Source of the DNA: Malacoraja senta
Taxonomy: Eukaryota
Direction of reading: 5' to 3'
DNA: 64,000 nucleotides
NCBI GenBank assembly: GCA_038087875.1
Contig: CM075995.1
Location: 1,366,001-1,430,000 of the forward strand
Of this stretch, positions 25,998 to 40,194 are shown piece after piece; the stretch's first letter is position 1, and each line of letters opens with the position of its first letter. Position numbers and translations under genes: made by a program. A model generated the notes under the pieces. The model ran no database searches. It was not told where the DNA came from and worked only from the letters and a program-made list of their open reading frames with translations.

Positions 25998-26512
25998 AGG
26001 GACGGCATGGTGGCGCAGCGGTAGAGTTGCTGCCTTACAGCGCTTGCACTGCCAAAGAACCAGGTTCGATCCTGACTACAGGTGCTGCCCGCACGGAGTT
26101 TGTACGTTCTCCCCGTGACCGTGTGGGTTTTCTCCGAGATCTTCGGTTTCCTCCCACACACCAAAGACGTACAGGCTTGTAGGTTAATTGGCTTGGTGTA
26201 TGCGTAAATTGGGAGATAATAATAATAATAAATACTTTATTGATCCCCTCAGGGAAATTCAGATGTCCAGAAGCCAACAACCAACAAACCCACACATTCA
26301 GAACGAAACCATGACAAAACATACATAAAATATAATATGGACAATACCTGAAAGCAATAAATACTTAAAAAGACCCAATAATTAACTATTAAAAATGCAA
26401 AGCATCCCCATACAGCCTAGCGGTCAGTATTATAAAATCTAATGGCTGCAGGAGTGAAAGCTCTCCTGAACCGCTCCGTTCTACAGCGCAGGGAGAGGAG
26501 CCGGTTGTTGTT

Positions 26513-26645
26513 CCTTCATGTGGTCCACCCTGTTTCGACTAATGCAATCAACCTGACGTGCACAAACAAATAGATGTCGTTTTTCATGCCACTTGAACTA
26601 GAACTTTAGGCTGTGCACGCCATACGCAAGAAGAAGAAGAAGAAG
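26513..26645 (+). mobile_element. 5'-truncated copy of the HDV-ribozyme short retroposon family
   Basis: CCTTCATGTGGTCCACCCTGTTTCGACTAATGCAATC matches the 3' two-thirds of the ribozyme at 55358-55411; ends ...CCATACGC(AAG)n. Confidence 0.72.
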
Positions 26646-27648
26646 TCCCTAGTGTGTGCAGGATAGTGTTAGCGTGCGGGGATCGCAGGTCGGTGCGGAC
26701 CTGGTGGGCCGAAGGGCCTGTTTCCGCGCAGTATCTCCAGACTAAACTAAAGACTAAAGACTCTATGAGAAGTCCCTCGCTCCAGCAATAAACATTTCAA
26801 TAGAAGTAATCCTTGAGATATTAGCTGTTAGATGTGTAGAAGCGTTTTACACAGGGTTTCAGCTGTGGCAGTGTCACAGTCTGAAGATCGCATCTCGCTC
26901 TATCCAAACTGGTGGAACTGACATGCAAGCTAATTACTGGGCGGCAGAATAAATCATCGCCATCTACTGCAGCACCGTGAAGGTACCTCTTTATTCTAAG
27001 GGGCACCTCGTAAAAGCATGTAAAATGGGATAGTTTTTACAAATCCCTGTAAACTGATCAGGGAGGTGGGTGCTTCAAATGTTACAAATACTGTAGGAGC
27101 CATTCATGCTTAGGCTAGTTACTGTTAGCATATTTTATTTTTATGTCTGGATATTTCTTGCAGTATTATTTTGTACGCTTGGGGGTGAGCTTTTGATGCG
27201 TAGATGAACGTTACATATATCTACTGGCGAGGGAGTGGCCAGATCAGACTGGGCATGGGAGAGAGGATACAGTTTTTACCAGAAGAGAGAGAGAAAATGG
27301 CAAGGTGCAGCTTGTATGAGAATAAGGAACACCTGGTTTGAATCATCTCTTTGTTTGTACAACTACTTCTATAAAGAAACAATTAAACTGGAAATAACAA
27401 CTGGAGGATCCGTTTTCTTTATCGTTTGTGTAGGTTCCACTCCTCCCTGCCTGTGTAGTGATGGCAAGGGAAAGTTGGACATTGGAAAAGTTTGAAATTG
27501 CCATTACAAATAGTTTGGCAAAGTTTATCTCCAAACCTTTGATGGAGTGAAATCATCAAACGATACTTTCCTCTTTTAGCCTTTCCCATTTCAATTATTT
27601 TTTATTCTCTCTTCTTCCTCGCCATTGCAGATGTTTTAGTTGAGGTGA

Positions 27649-28672
27649 GTTTATTGTCACATGTACCGAGGTACAGTGAAAAGCTTTTTGTTGTGTGTTA
27701 TCCAGTCCGCAGAAAAACAATCGATCCATGTACAGTGTACAGATACATGATATGGGAATAACATTTAGTGCAAGGTAAAGCCAGCAAAGTCCGATCAAGG
27801 ATAGTCCGAGGGACACCAGAGGTAGATAGTAGTTCAGCACTGCTCTCTGGTTGTGGTAGGATGATTCAGTTGCCTGATAACAGCTGGCAAGAAACTGTCC
27901 CTGAATCTGGAGGTGTGCGTTTTCACACTTTTATACCTTTTGCCCGGTGGGAGATGGGAGAAGAGGGAGTGGCCAGGGTGCGACTCGTCCTTGATTATGC
28001 TGCTGGCCTTGCCGAGGCAGCGTGAGGTATAAATGGAGTCAATGGAAGGGAGGTTGGTTTGTGTGATGGTCTGGGCTGCGTTGACAATTCGCTGCAATTT
28101 CTTGCGGTCTTGGATGGAGCTGTTCCCAAACCAAGCTGTGATGCATCCTGATAAAATGCTTTCTATGTTGCATCTGTAGAAGTTGGTGAGAGTTGTAGGG
28201 GACATGCCAAACTTGCTAAGCCTTCTAAGGAGGTAGAGGCGTTGGTGGGCTTTCTTGGTGGTTGCTTCAATATGGGTGATCCAGGGGAAGTTGTTGGTGA
28301 TAATGACCACTAGGAATTTGAAGATTTCAACCATCTTTACTTCGGCACCGTCAATGCAAACTAGGGTGTGTGTAGCACTTCACTTCCTGAAGTCGATCAC
28401 TATCTCCTTAGTCTTGCTGACGTTGAGAGAAAGGTTGTTGTCTCGACACCAGGACACAAGGTTCTCGATCTCCTTCCTGTACTCTGTCTCATCAGTATTT
28501 GATATCCGGCCCACAATGGCGGTGGCATCTGCGAATTTGAAAATTGAATTAGATTTGTACATGGCTGCTTGTCGTGGGTGAACAAGGAGTAAAGAAGGGG
28601 GCTGAGAACGCAGCCTTGCGGAGCACCAGTCTTACGGATTATCGTGGAGGATGATTTGTCCCCTATCCTCAC
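27649..28672 (-). mobile_element. Rex1/Babar LINE 3' fragment
   Basis: GAPQGCVLSPLLYSL, KFADA, NVSKTKE...DFRK, ESILSGCITAWFG, RFRDSF.PAVIRQLN; tail GACAATAAAC. Confidence 0.9.
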
Positions 28673-31600
28673 AGGATTATATACATTGCATCTAATGATA
28701 CAAACTAGAATCAGTCTTCTGCCTCCGTGCTGCCCAAGTGTATGGGTGATCGATGGTTGGCATGGACTCGGTGGGCCGAATGGCCTGTTTCCACGCTGTA
28801 TCTCTAAATCTAAAACAATCGGCATGTATCAAAAGTATTTCATTGACTGTCAGCATTTTCTGAGTTCAGCACTTTCTTTCTCCGTCCCTTGCGATTCAGA
28901 ACCATATTTAAACCCCAGATCGTCGGGTGGCACGTTAGCGCAGCGGTTGAGCTGCTGTCTAACATTAGTTGATTAATACGGGCGTCAGGGGTTATGGGGA
29001 GAAGGCAGGAGAATAGGGTTAGGAGGGAAAGATAGATCAGCCATGATTGAATAGTGGAGTAGACATGATCGGCTGAATGGCCTAATTCTGCTCCTATCAC
29101 TTGTGAACTTCTGGCACCAGAGACCCGGGTTCGATCCTGACTACAGGTGCTTGCCTGTATGGAGTTTGTACCTTCTCCCCGTGACTGCGTGGGTTTTCTC
29201 CGAGATCTTTGGTTTCCTCCCACGCTCCAAAGACGTACAGGTTTGTAAGCAAATTGGCTTGGTTTGATTGTAAAGTGTCCCTAGTGTGTGCAGGATGGCA
29301 TGAGCGTGCGGGGATCGCTGGTCAGCACGGAGTCAGTGGGCCGAAGGGCCTGCTTCCGCGCTGTATCTCTAAACTAAACTAAACTAAAAAATATATTCCC
29401 GTGCAGCAAAGTTGCAATTAAGTGATTTGCGCTGAATTTAATTGAACCTGCCTGTATTTTGTTTTACATTACAGTTCTGCGTTAAACAGCACAAAGTTCC
29501 CACTCTCAAGAGACTATTTCCGTGCTGGATATGCATGCATCACTAAGAATCAATTAAAAAAGCTTACAGACGAGAAATAACCAATTTGAACATATCACAG
29601 GCTCAAATTACATTTTTCACAAGTAACAAAGAGCAGGTGAATTTGATATGCTCATGCAAATTCAAAGCATATATTCTTTTTCAGGTTATTGATGACAATA
29701 CCAATGCAATTCACAGACTCTTCTGGCTTTGTTTGATAGTTTTATGAATTGCCAACCCCCTTGTCTCCAGTGTCAACGGATCACCTGAACTTGAGGCAGG
29801 GACTGTCGCAACATTTAAGAAATATTTAGACAGTTATGCGATAGTGTAGGAAGGAAGTGCAGATGCTGGTTTAAACCGAAGAGAGACACAAAATGCTGGA
29901 ATAACTCAGTGGGACAGGCAGCATCTCTGGAGAGAAGGAATGGGTGACGTTTCGGGTCGAGACCTTTCTTCAGACTGAGGTTTAGAGGGATATGGGCCAA
30001 GCGCAGGCAGGTGGGACTAGCGTAGCATGTTGGGCCGAAGGGCCTGTTTCCATGCTGGATCACTCCGTGACTATGACTCTCAGAGCAGTATTTAGGGCAG
30101 CACAGTGGCGCAGCAATAAAGCTGTTGCCTTACAGCGCCAGACCAACATGTCCCATCTACACTAGTCCCACCTGCCTGCATTTGGCCCATGTCCCTCGAA
30201 ACCTGTCCTATCCATGTACCTGTCTAATTGTTTCTTAAATGAAAGTTCCTCCTCTGGCAGCTCGTTACATACAACTACCACCCTTTGTTCAGTTTCAATT
30301 TAGTTTATTGTCACGTGTACCGAGGTACAGTGAAAAGACAAACACACCCTTTGTGTTCTTCGGATGTAGGACTGGGGCCAATTCATAATAATTTAGAACC
30401 TGTCTTTCCTAGGTAGCCATTCGTCCCCCCGCCCCACCGCTCCCCACTTTATAATACAGGAACCAATCATCAGTCCATTTTAGCTTACTTTCGTTTAGAG
30501 ATACAGCATGGAAACAGGCCCTTCAGCCCACCAAGCGATCCTGTACACTAGCACTATCCTACAAACTAGGGACACTTTATAATTCTTAATTTTTAACTAA
30601 GCCAAATAAACAGACAAGCCAGCACGTCTTCGGAGTGTGGGAGGAAACCGGAGTACCAGAGGAAAACCCACGCGGTAACGGGAGAACGTACAAACTCTGT
30701 ACAGACAGCACCCCTGGTCAGGATCAAACCTGGGTGTCTGGCACTGTAAGGCAGGAACTCTACCGCTGCGCCACCATGACGTCCTTTTTTATACCTTGCG
30801 TGACATTGCTAGTTAGCCACCTCATCGCCCCCTCCACCCCACCTCATCATACAGGAACCAATCATCAGGCTTGGATTGAGTGGATGTGGAGAGGATGTTT
30901 CCACTAGTGGGAGTCTAGAACCAGAGGAAGGAGATGAGGATGAGATGGAATGAGGAGATGAGGGGGTGGTGAATCTGTGGAATTCTTTGCCACATAAGGC
31001 TGTGGAGGCCAAGTCAATTAATATTTTTAATGCAGAGATAGATGGATTCTTGATTAATATGGGTGTCAAGGGTTATGGGAAGAAGGCAGGAGCATGGGGT
31101 TAGGAGGGAGAGATAGATCAGTCATGATTGAATGGCAGAGTAGACTTGATGGGTTGAATGGTCTAATTCTGCTCCTATCACTTATGCCCTTATATTGCTG
31201 TGAATATTGCTGTGTTTCGGTTAAGGTTTAGGTCTATGATTGTTAAGAGTATTAATCTATAGAGAAAAACTTCGTTTTGCATGCGATCCCAATCTGACTA
31301 GATTAAAGACTGAGGCGGCATGGTGGCGCAGCGGCAGAGTGGCTGCCACACAGCGCCGGAGACCCGGGTTCGATCCTGACTACGGGTGCGGTCTGTACGG
31401 AATTTGTACGTTCTCCCCGTGACCTGCGTGGGTTTTCCCCGGGTGCTCCGGTTTATTCCCACACTCCAGAGATGTACAGGCTTGTCTACGATAAAGATTG
31501 TAAATTGTCCCTAGTGTGTGTGTACGGGGTGATCGCTGGTCAGCACGGACTCGGTGGGCTGAAGGGCCTGTTCCGTGCTGTATCTCTAAACTATACTGAT

Positions 31601-31930
31601 TAGAATTCGATTTGCTCTTGAATTTAACTGAAGAGAATGCCACTTGAGTCCACGAAATGGTGTTAAAAACATTAGCCATTATTATGGGCAACTATACAAG
31701 CAGTTAAATAATGCGTGGTATCTGTAAGCATTGTTAATTGGTACCTATAGTTACTGAACTGCCCCTTCATTATTTAGCATCATTTATATTTGTCTTAATT
31801 GTCTTAAGTCTTTTCACATGACAATAATCTAAACTAAGCTAATAATTATAGTAAACTGCTAACACCTTTACCTCAGTTGCTTTTTCATTTGGTTTGGCTA
31901 ATAGAATCATCGAGTGATACCTTGTGGAAA

Positions 31931-32683
31931 TGTAAATAGCTCGTTTCTAAGCTTCCCCCCAGTCTAGTTTCAGTAAAAACACTGAATCAAGCCCTTGAAA
32001 CAACTAATCTTTATTTTAACAAAAGCGCAATTACAATTCAACTACTGTACCTATCCCACCGCGGGTTCGATCCTCGTATCTGCCTGATCAAGCCCTCTCG
32101 GCCTCGCTCAAACAGAGACGTTCCAGAAGTTCACGCAGTCCCAAGTGCTCTCCCAGAAGATCGACGCTGGACCTCGTGGTAGTGGACTTTTATATGTCCC
32201 GGGACCTCGAGAGGCCGAACCACATGGGGGTGGTCTCTTAATAACCCAATTACAGATATCGATTAACCCTATACATAACAGATATTTCCCTAACGTAATA
32301 ATACAGCAGCTCAATACATTGTATTCAAACAGGACTTCGCAAGGAAGCCAACTTAGAAACATTTACCCTGATCTGCAAGACACCCAGACGAGGCTCAACA
32401 CCTCATCCAATCAAGTGGAACTCTGCAACATTATTTACAAGGTGTATGTCTGGTTTGCAGCCATCCAATCCATTCTATGCATTTTGCACCTAATTGACAG
32501 GGTCTGCAGATGTTCTTATTCTTTTGTTGCAATTTGTATCTAGGCTCTAGGCACACTGGCACCACTCCGCATCTTGTCCCAGCTCTGCAGAGAGCAATTC
32601 CAAATTGACCAAATCTCCCAGCAGCCCTGAAGCTTTTACCCCATTTTAAAGTCCTGGCCTCTCCTATCTGGCCAGGATTAACA
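31931..32683 (-). mobile_element. Probable solo LTR (ERV or Gypsy family unassigned)
   Basis: 753-bp insert with TGTAAAT...ATTAACA ends interrupting a LINE tail (gtggaaa|caggcccttcggcc); 4-bp TSD GAAA/GAAG; minus-strand ATATAAAAG at 32187-32195 followed downstream by AATAAA at 32010-32015. Confidence 0.75.
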
Positions 32684-35600
32684 GAAGCAGGCCCTTCGGC
32701 CCAACTTGCCCACACTGCCCAACATGTTCCAGCTACACTTGTCCCACCTGCCCGCGTTTGGTCCAAATCCCTCTAAACCTGCCCTATCCATGTACCTGTC
32801 TAACTGTTTCTAAAACTATGGGGTAGTCCCAGCCTCAACTCCTCCATTGGCGGCTTGTCCCATACACCCGCCACCCATTGTGTGAAAAAGTTACCCCTCA
32901 GATTTCTATTAAATCTTTCCCCCTTCACCTTAAATTGGTCTTAGTTGGAACAATGAGCGATATTTTGTCACCTGTCTAGAACACGCAAACCAGAATGATA
33001 GCAACTGACACTAAACATCTCTTATGTTTCTTGGATAATCCTGCAGAAAGCTTCTTTGAACCTGTGTTTGTCAGTTACTTGCCTATGTGGGAGTGATGTG
33101 AGGTTGTTATTCTCGGCATGTAACGAACTATGGGAGGGTTTGGCAGTCCAGGAAGATCCATTGGCCAGGCTCAGACTTTGGTTTAGTTTAGAGATACAGC
33201 GCGGAAACTGGCCGTTCAGCCCACTGAGTCCGTGCCGACCAGCGATCCCCGCACAATACCACTATCCTACTCACACTCGGGACTGTTTACAATTATACCA
33301 AGCTCAGTCAGTCATCTGCAACTCTGTACGTCTTTGGGAGGAAACCGAAGATCTCCAAGGCAACCCACGCAGTTACAGGCAGAACATACAAACTCTGTAC
33401 AGACAACACCTGTACTCGGAGTCGAACCCGGGTCCCTGGCGCTGCAAGCGCTGTAAGGCAGCACCTCTACAACTGCGCCACAGTACCGCCCTTCAGTCGC
33501 TTTAAATGGAAACGGATTGAGTGATGGAATGATACAGCACGGAAACAGGCCCTTCAGGTCAACTCGGGGTGGCACAGGGGTAGAGTTGATTGTTCAGGTC
33601 AAAAACGCTCTCAGGCAGGTCAGTTGCTGCCTGGCCTGCTGAATGTTTCCAGCATTTTTCTGTTTAATTGGAGGTTTACAAAATATTCAGCTCGTTGAGA
33701 TTGTGAGTGATCTTGTAATTGAGATAAGGCAGATTAAATGCACTGCTTTATCGCCCAGCTATTATCAGGCAACTGAATCATCCTACCACAGCTCAATTGC
33801 AGTCCTGAACTACTATCTACCTCGTTGGTGACCCTCGGACTATCCTTTGCTGGCTTTACCTTGTACTAAACGTTATTCCCTTATCATGGGAGAATGCAGG
33901 AAAATGGGGTTAGGAGGGAGATAGATAGATCAGCCATGATTGAATGATGGGGTAGACTAGATGGGCCGAACGGCCTAATTTTTCTCCTATCACAGTAGAT
34001 CATATGACCTTATGTACACTGTGAATGGCTCGATTGTAATCATGCATTGTCTTTCCGCTGACTGGTTAGCACGCGACAACAACTTTTGACTGTACCTCGG
34101 TACACGTGACAATAAACTAAACTGAACTGAACTGAATTTACAGCTTGGAATTTTATGTAAGTTGCTGAGGATAGGAATGTTGAGGTGTTGGCCGGTGTGG
34201 GCAAGTTGGGCTGAAGGGCCTGTTTCCATGCTAAATCACTATGACTCTATGACAATCGCTTCACTTTGAAATTGCAACCATTATTCCATGTGGAAATCTG
34301 TCTGTATTTGGGCAGCACGGTGGCACAGCAGTAGAGTTGCTGCCTTACAGCACCAGAGACCCAGGATTGATCCTGACTATGTCCCTCGTGTGTGTAGGAT
34401 AGTGTTAGGGATCGCTGGTTGTTTGGGCTCGGTGTGGGGGCCTGTTTATTTGCACTTTATCTGCTTATTTATTGATGTGTGTATATATTTATATAATGGT
34501 ACATGGACACACTGAGATGTTCTGTATTCATGCCTACTATATTCTGTTGTGCTGAAGCAAAGCAAGAATTTCATTGTCCTATCTGGGACACATGACAATA
34601 AACTCTCTTGACTTGACCAGTCCAGTTTACTGTCCAGGTACACTCCAAGGTACTTGTACGTCCACACCATTGATGGAGACAGGGGACAGGGGTGTTCCTC
34701 GCCTCCTGAAGTCCACCACTAACTCCTTAGTCGTGTCGATGTTGAGCTGCAGGTGATTCAGCCCACACCACTCGACAAAGACGTTGACTTCACCTCTGTA
34801 TTCGGCTTCCCTCCCCTCACTGATGCAGCCCACAATTCCATCCAAAGTCATCCGAAAACTTCTGCAGGTGGCAGAAGTCTACCTCGGTACACGTGACAAT
34901 AAACTGAACCCATAGAAGCACTCGGATGCAAACAGCAAAGATTTAACAACGATGTCCCTTATGTAAAAGATGGGGGCAGGGCCGGTGGGAGGGGGAGAGA
35001 GGGCAGAGAGAAACAATTAATGAGAGACCTGGGACAGATTATGTCAAGTGGTGATATTAAATTGATAAAAACCATCTCCAGCCAACAGATCTACTTCCAG
35101 GCTCCAATTACTGCCACCAGCAGTGTTTGTTTTAATAGAGACATTTACACCTAACTACCAGTTGGCAGGTGTTAACACTCCAGCTCTCAGCATTGCCACA
35201 TGCTGACGATTCTGGGATGGCTGCCAAGCTCTCTGGCCTGTATCCTTCCCCAGTTGCTCAACGACGAAACTGGGCAGCTACAAGCTTTTCTGTCACTAGC
35301 TCTGACCTCCCCCACTCCCCCTCCATAAGATCATAAGGGATTGAGTAGAATTAGGCCATTTGGCCCATCAAGACTACTCCACCATTCAATCATGGCTGGT
35401 CTATCTCTCCCTGCTAACCCCATTCTCCAGCCTTCTCCCCATAACCTCTGACACCCGTTCTAATCAAGAATCTATCTATCTCTGCCTTAAAAAATATCCA
35501 CTGACTTGGCCGCCACAATAGACAATAGACAATAGGTGCAGGAGAAGGCCATTCGGCCCTTCGAGCCAGCACCGCCATTCAATGTGATAATGGCTGATCA

Positions 35601-37791
35601 TCCCCAATCAGTACCCCGTTCCTGCCTTTTCCCCATATCCCCTGACTCCGCTATCTTTAAGAGCCCTATCCAGCTCTCTCTTGAAAGCTGGCAGTGGCAA
35701 ATAATACCACAGATTCACCACCTTCTGACCAAAGAAATGTCTCCTCATCTCCTTTCTAAAAGCACGTCCTTTAATTCTGAGGCTATCAACTCCGGTCCTA
35801 GACTCTCCCACTAGTGGAAACATCCTCTCCACATCCACTCTATCCAAGCCTTTCACTATTCTGTACGTTTCAATGAGGTCCCCCCCTCATTCTTCTAAAC
35901 TCCAGCGAGTACAGGCCCAGTGCCGACAAACACTCATCATAGGTTAACCTACTCATTCCTGGTAGACAAAAATGCTGGAAAAAAGCAGCGGGTGAGGCAG
36001 CATCTCTGGAGCGAAGGAAATAGGCAACGTGTCGGGTCGAGACCTTTCCTGGGATCATTCTTGTAAATAATCAGACGTTTCCTTCCAGCCGTCGCTTCAA
36101 TCCGTGCGTATCTACAACAATGAAAGGCCTGGATAGAGTGGATGTGGAGAGTCTAGGACCAGAGATCACAGCCTCAGAATTAAAGGACGTTCCTTTAGGA
36201 AGGAGATGAGGAAGATTTTTTTCAGTCAGCGGGTGGTGAATCTGTGGCAGTGGAGGGCCAAGTCATACGGTCCAAGGCAGTGGAGGGCCAAGTCATACGG
36301 TCACGTAATAAGTGATAGCAGCAGAATTAGGCCATTCGGCCCATCAAGCCTACTTCACCATTCAATCATGGCTGATCTATATCTCCCTCTCAACACCATT
36401 CTCCTGCCTTCTCCCCATAAACCCTGCCACCTGTACAAGTCAGTGGATATTTTTAAGGCAGAGATAGATAGATTCTTGATTAGCTCAGGTGTCAGGGGTT
36501 ACGGGGAGAAGGCAGGAGAATGGGGTTAAGAGGGAGAGATAGGTCAGCCATGATTGAATGGCGGTGTAGACTTGATGGGCCGAATGGCCTAATTCTGCCC
36601 CAAATCACTGATGAACTTATGAAAAGCAGATTCCTTTCGTATGAACCATAAAAAATAAATATGTCTCGCTCGGTGAGCGATGTCACAGCTTGTATGAGTA
36701 ACCTTCGAAGCTGTTTGAACTGCAGATAATTGCTGGTGTGAACAATGCAGAGATTCTTTCATCAGGGCCAGGAGACTATATTTAACTGTGGTTAAGCTGC
36801 TGCTCCTCTGCCAAATGTTTACCGGTGCAGAAACGGAACTATCTCACAGCAACAAAGGGAAGAGCTAGTACCAACCGCGCAAGACTGAACTTAGAGATTA
36901 GTATGAAATACTAGTGGGGTTACGGCATAGTTTTGATGAAACGATGACAAATCAGTATATTACCAGCCTTTTTTAAAATTTTCTCTTAAGTCTGCTTTGG
37001 TGCAGAAGTACAGCTTCTCCATTCGGAAGGAGATTTCTTTAGTCAGAGGGTGATGAATCTGTGGAATTCATCACCACAGAAGGCTGTGGAGGTCAAGTCA
37101 ATGGATATTTTTAAGGCAGAGATGGATAGATTCTTGCTTAGTACGGGTGTCGGGGGTTATGGGGAGAAGGCAGGAGAATGGGGTTCGGAGGGAGAGATAG
37201 ATCAGCCAATATTGAATGGCGGAGTTGACTTGATGGACCAAATGGCTTAATTCTGCTCCTATCACTTATGACCTTAGTAAACAGGCTCTTTGGCCCACTG
37301 AGTCCACGATGACCATCGATCACCTGTTTGCAATTTTTCATGTTATCTCACTTTTTCATCTACTACCGATACACTCGGGGCCAATTCACCTACAAACTTG
37401 CATGTTTTGGGATTTAGACTTTAGACTTTACTTTCGCGATATAGCATGCAAACAGACCCTTCGGCCCACCGTGTTGATGCTGGCCAGCGACCACCCCGTA
37501 CACTAACACTATCCTACACACCAAGGACAATTTGCAATTTATAGAAGCCAATTAACCTACAAACCTGCACGTCTTTGGAGTGGGTGAGGAAACCGGAGCA
37601 CCCGGGGAAAACCTGTGGTCAGGGTCAAACCCGTGCCCCTGGCACTGTAAGGCAGCAACCCTACTGCTGCGCCACACAGCTCGATATTCCAGCATCTCCT
37701 GCACCTCGTGTCTACACTAAGTGTCCGTTTGTAGGTCCGCAGGTTTCTGTAAATTGCCCCCTAGTGTGCAGGATGTGAAACTGGGATAGAA

Positions 37792-38529
37792 AATAGACAA
37801 TAGACAATAGACAATAAGTGCAGGAGTAGGCCATTTGGCCCTTCGAGCTAGCACCGCCATTCAATGTGATCATGGCTGATCATCCCCAATCAGTACCCCG
37901 TTCCTGCCTTCTCCCCATATCCCCTGACTCCGCTATTTTTAAGAGCCCTATCTAGCTCTCTCTTGAAAGCATCCAGAAAACCCGCCTCCACTGCCCTCCA
38001 CAGACTCACCACTCTCTGTGAGAAAAAGTGTTTCCTCGTCTCCGTTCTAAATGGCTTACTCCTTATTCTTAAACTGTGGCCCCTGGTTCTGGACTCCCCC
38101 AACATCGGGAACATGTTCCCTGCCTCTAGCGTGTCCAATCCCTTAACAATCTTATATGTTTCAATGAGATGCCCTCTCATCCTTCTAAACTCCAGAGTGT
38201 ACAAGCCTAGCTGCTCCATTCTCTCAGCATATGACAGCCCCGCCATCCCGGGAATTAACCTTGTAAACCTGCGCTGCACTCCCTCAATAGCAAGAATGTC
38301 CTTCCTCAAATTAGGGGACCGAAACTGCACACAATACTCCAGGTGTGGTCTCACTAGGGCTCTGTACAACTGCAGAAGGACATCTTTGCTCCTATATTCG
38401 ATTCCTCTTGTTATGAAGGCCAACATGCCATTCGCTTTCTTCACTGCCTGCTGTGCCTGCATGCTTACTTTCATAGACTGATGTACAAGGACCCACAGAT
38501 CCCGTTGTACTTCCCCTTTTCCCAACTTG
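37792..38529 (-). mobile_element. CR1/HER1-type LINE 3' fragment
   Basis: Same family as 7612-8489, reverse strand. Confidence 0.92.
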
Positions 38530-38656
38530 GGATAACATGAAACTTGTGTGAACAGATGATCGGTGGTCGGCATGGACTCGGTGGGCCAAAGGAGCCTGTT
38601 TCTACGCTGTATCTCCAAAATTAAAGAAACTAAAAACGAATCCCAAAACTGCTGGT

Positions 38657-39375
38657 GTGTTCTTGGTTCTTGGTTTCTTGGTCCTCCAAAATATTCCAAA
38701 TGGAATTTAAACTGGAGGTGGTGGAGGGAGGACTTAAGCCAGAAAGGGTTTTTGGGAAGAAAGAGCTACCTTAAATTTAGTTGCATCTGGTTGGGTAACT
38801 ATGGTAGGGTGAAGATTATTCCATGCTTTAATTGTGTGGGGGAAGAATGAATTGCTGTACACATATGTCTTGGTAGCTGGAATCTCAAATTGGATCGAAT
38901 GTCCTCGTCTGCTCCTAATTGGTTTGAGGTTGGTGTAGGTCTTGTAATCTATGTTGAGCTGACCATTTAACATTTTGTAAAAACAGGTCAAACGGTGAGC
39001 TTCACGTCTGTCTTGGAGAGGGTTCCACCCCAGAGAATTCAGAAGTTTGGTAACACTCACTTCTCTCTCATAGGTGTTAGTAACAAATCGAGCTGCCTGT
39101 CTTTGGACACGTTCGATGGAAGAAATGTTTTTATTTGTGTATGGGTCCCATGCTGCAACTGCGTAGTCCAAATGAGGTCTAACAAGGGTGAAGTATAGCT
39201 TCTCCTTGACAGAAGTTGAACAATGATGAAAGTTGCGCCTCAGAAAATTTAGGACACCTGTTGCTCTCACTGTTGCATGATGAGTCTGACCATTCCAGCG
39301 CAGATCATTCTGCAATTTGATGCCAAGATACTTGGTTTGTTTGGATTCTTCAAGGATGGTACCAAGTATATTGTA
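38657..39375 (-). mobile_element. CR1-group LINE 3' fragment of a family distinct from HER1, uninterrupted frame
   Basis: KYLGI...W...LNFLRRN...YFTLVRPHLDYAVAAWDP...IERVQRQAARFV...NSFFPHTIKAWNNL; tail (CCAAGAA)n. Confidence 0.85.
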
Positions 39376-39419
39376 CGATGAGTGATAGAGGGGAGTTGAA
39401 CTGAATATGAGGAGAATGA

Positions 39420-39619
39420 AGGGCCTGTCCCACTTGGGCATCATTTGCGCGTCACGCAGGTGGCGCGCGAGGATTTTGAGAATCCCAAAATCCTGGGGTG
39501 CCGCACTCTACCGCGCGTCAGTGCCTACGCCACCACGTCTCACCACGCGCCGTGCGTCGTGACGCGTAAATGATGTCGCGTAACTGACGCCCAAATAACA
39601 CCTAAGTGGGACAGGCCCT
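39420..39619. mobile_element. PIF/Harbinger-type MITE
   Basis: AGGGCCTGTCCCACTT...AAGTGGGACAGGCCCT; flanks TGA/TAA. Confidence 0.85.
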
Positions 39620-40194
39620 TAAAGGATGGGATTAATGTAGGATGAGCGTAAAATGGGCAATTGATAGTCGGCACAGGATCAGTCATGTGAAGGGCCTGTT
39701 GCTGTCCTGTATGACCTGTCATGTCAGATAGAGTCATAGACTCATATGGCATAGAATCAGGCCCTTCGGCCCAACTTGCCTATGACAAGCAAGATGTCCC
39801 ATGCACGCTAGTCCCGTCTTCCCTCATTTGGCCCATAATAACCCTCTGAACCTTTTCTATCTACGTCCCTATTCAAATGCTTTTTAAATGTTGTTTTTGT
39901 GCCTGCCTCATACATACTTTGGCCAATAATCTTGAATTAAATTGTTGGCCTTCAGCCAGCCAAAGCAAAGTTAGTCTTTAGACTTTAGACTTTAGAGATA
40001 CAATGGGAAAACAGGCCAACCCTGTACACCAGCACTATCCTACACACTAGGGACAGTTTTCTATTTTACCATATCCAATTAACCTACAAACCTGCACGTC
40101 TTTGAGAGGAAACTGAAGCACCTGGAGAAAACCCACGTGGTCACGGGGAGAACGTATGAAGCCCCTCGGACTCTGGGTCTCTGGCACAGGTTTA

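Noticed and set aside
30408..30868. Diverged direct repeat of about 65 bp around a SINE
   Set aside because: Probably an old local duplication; too long and diverged for a TSD and no functional signal.
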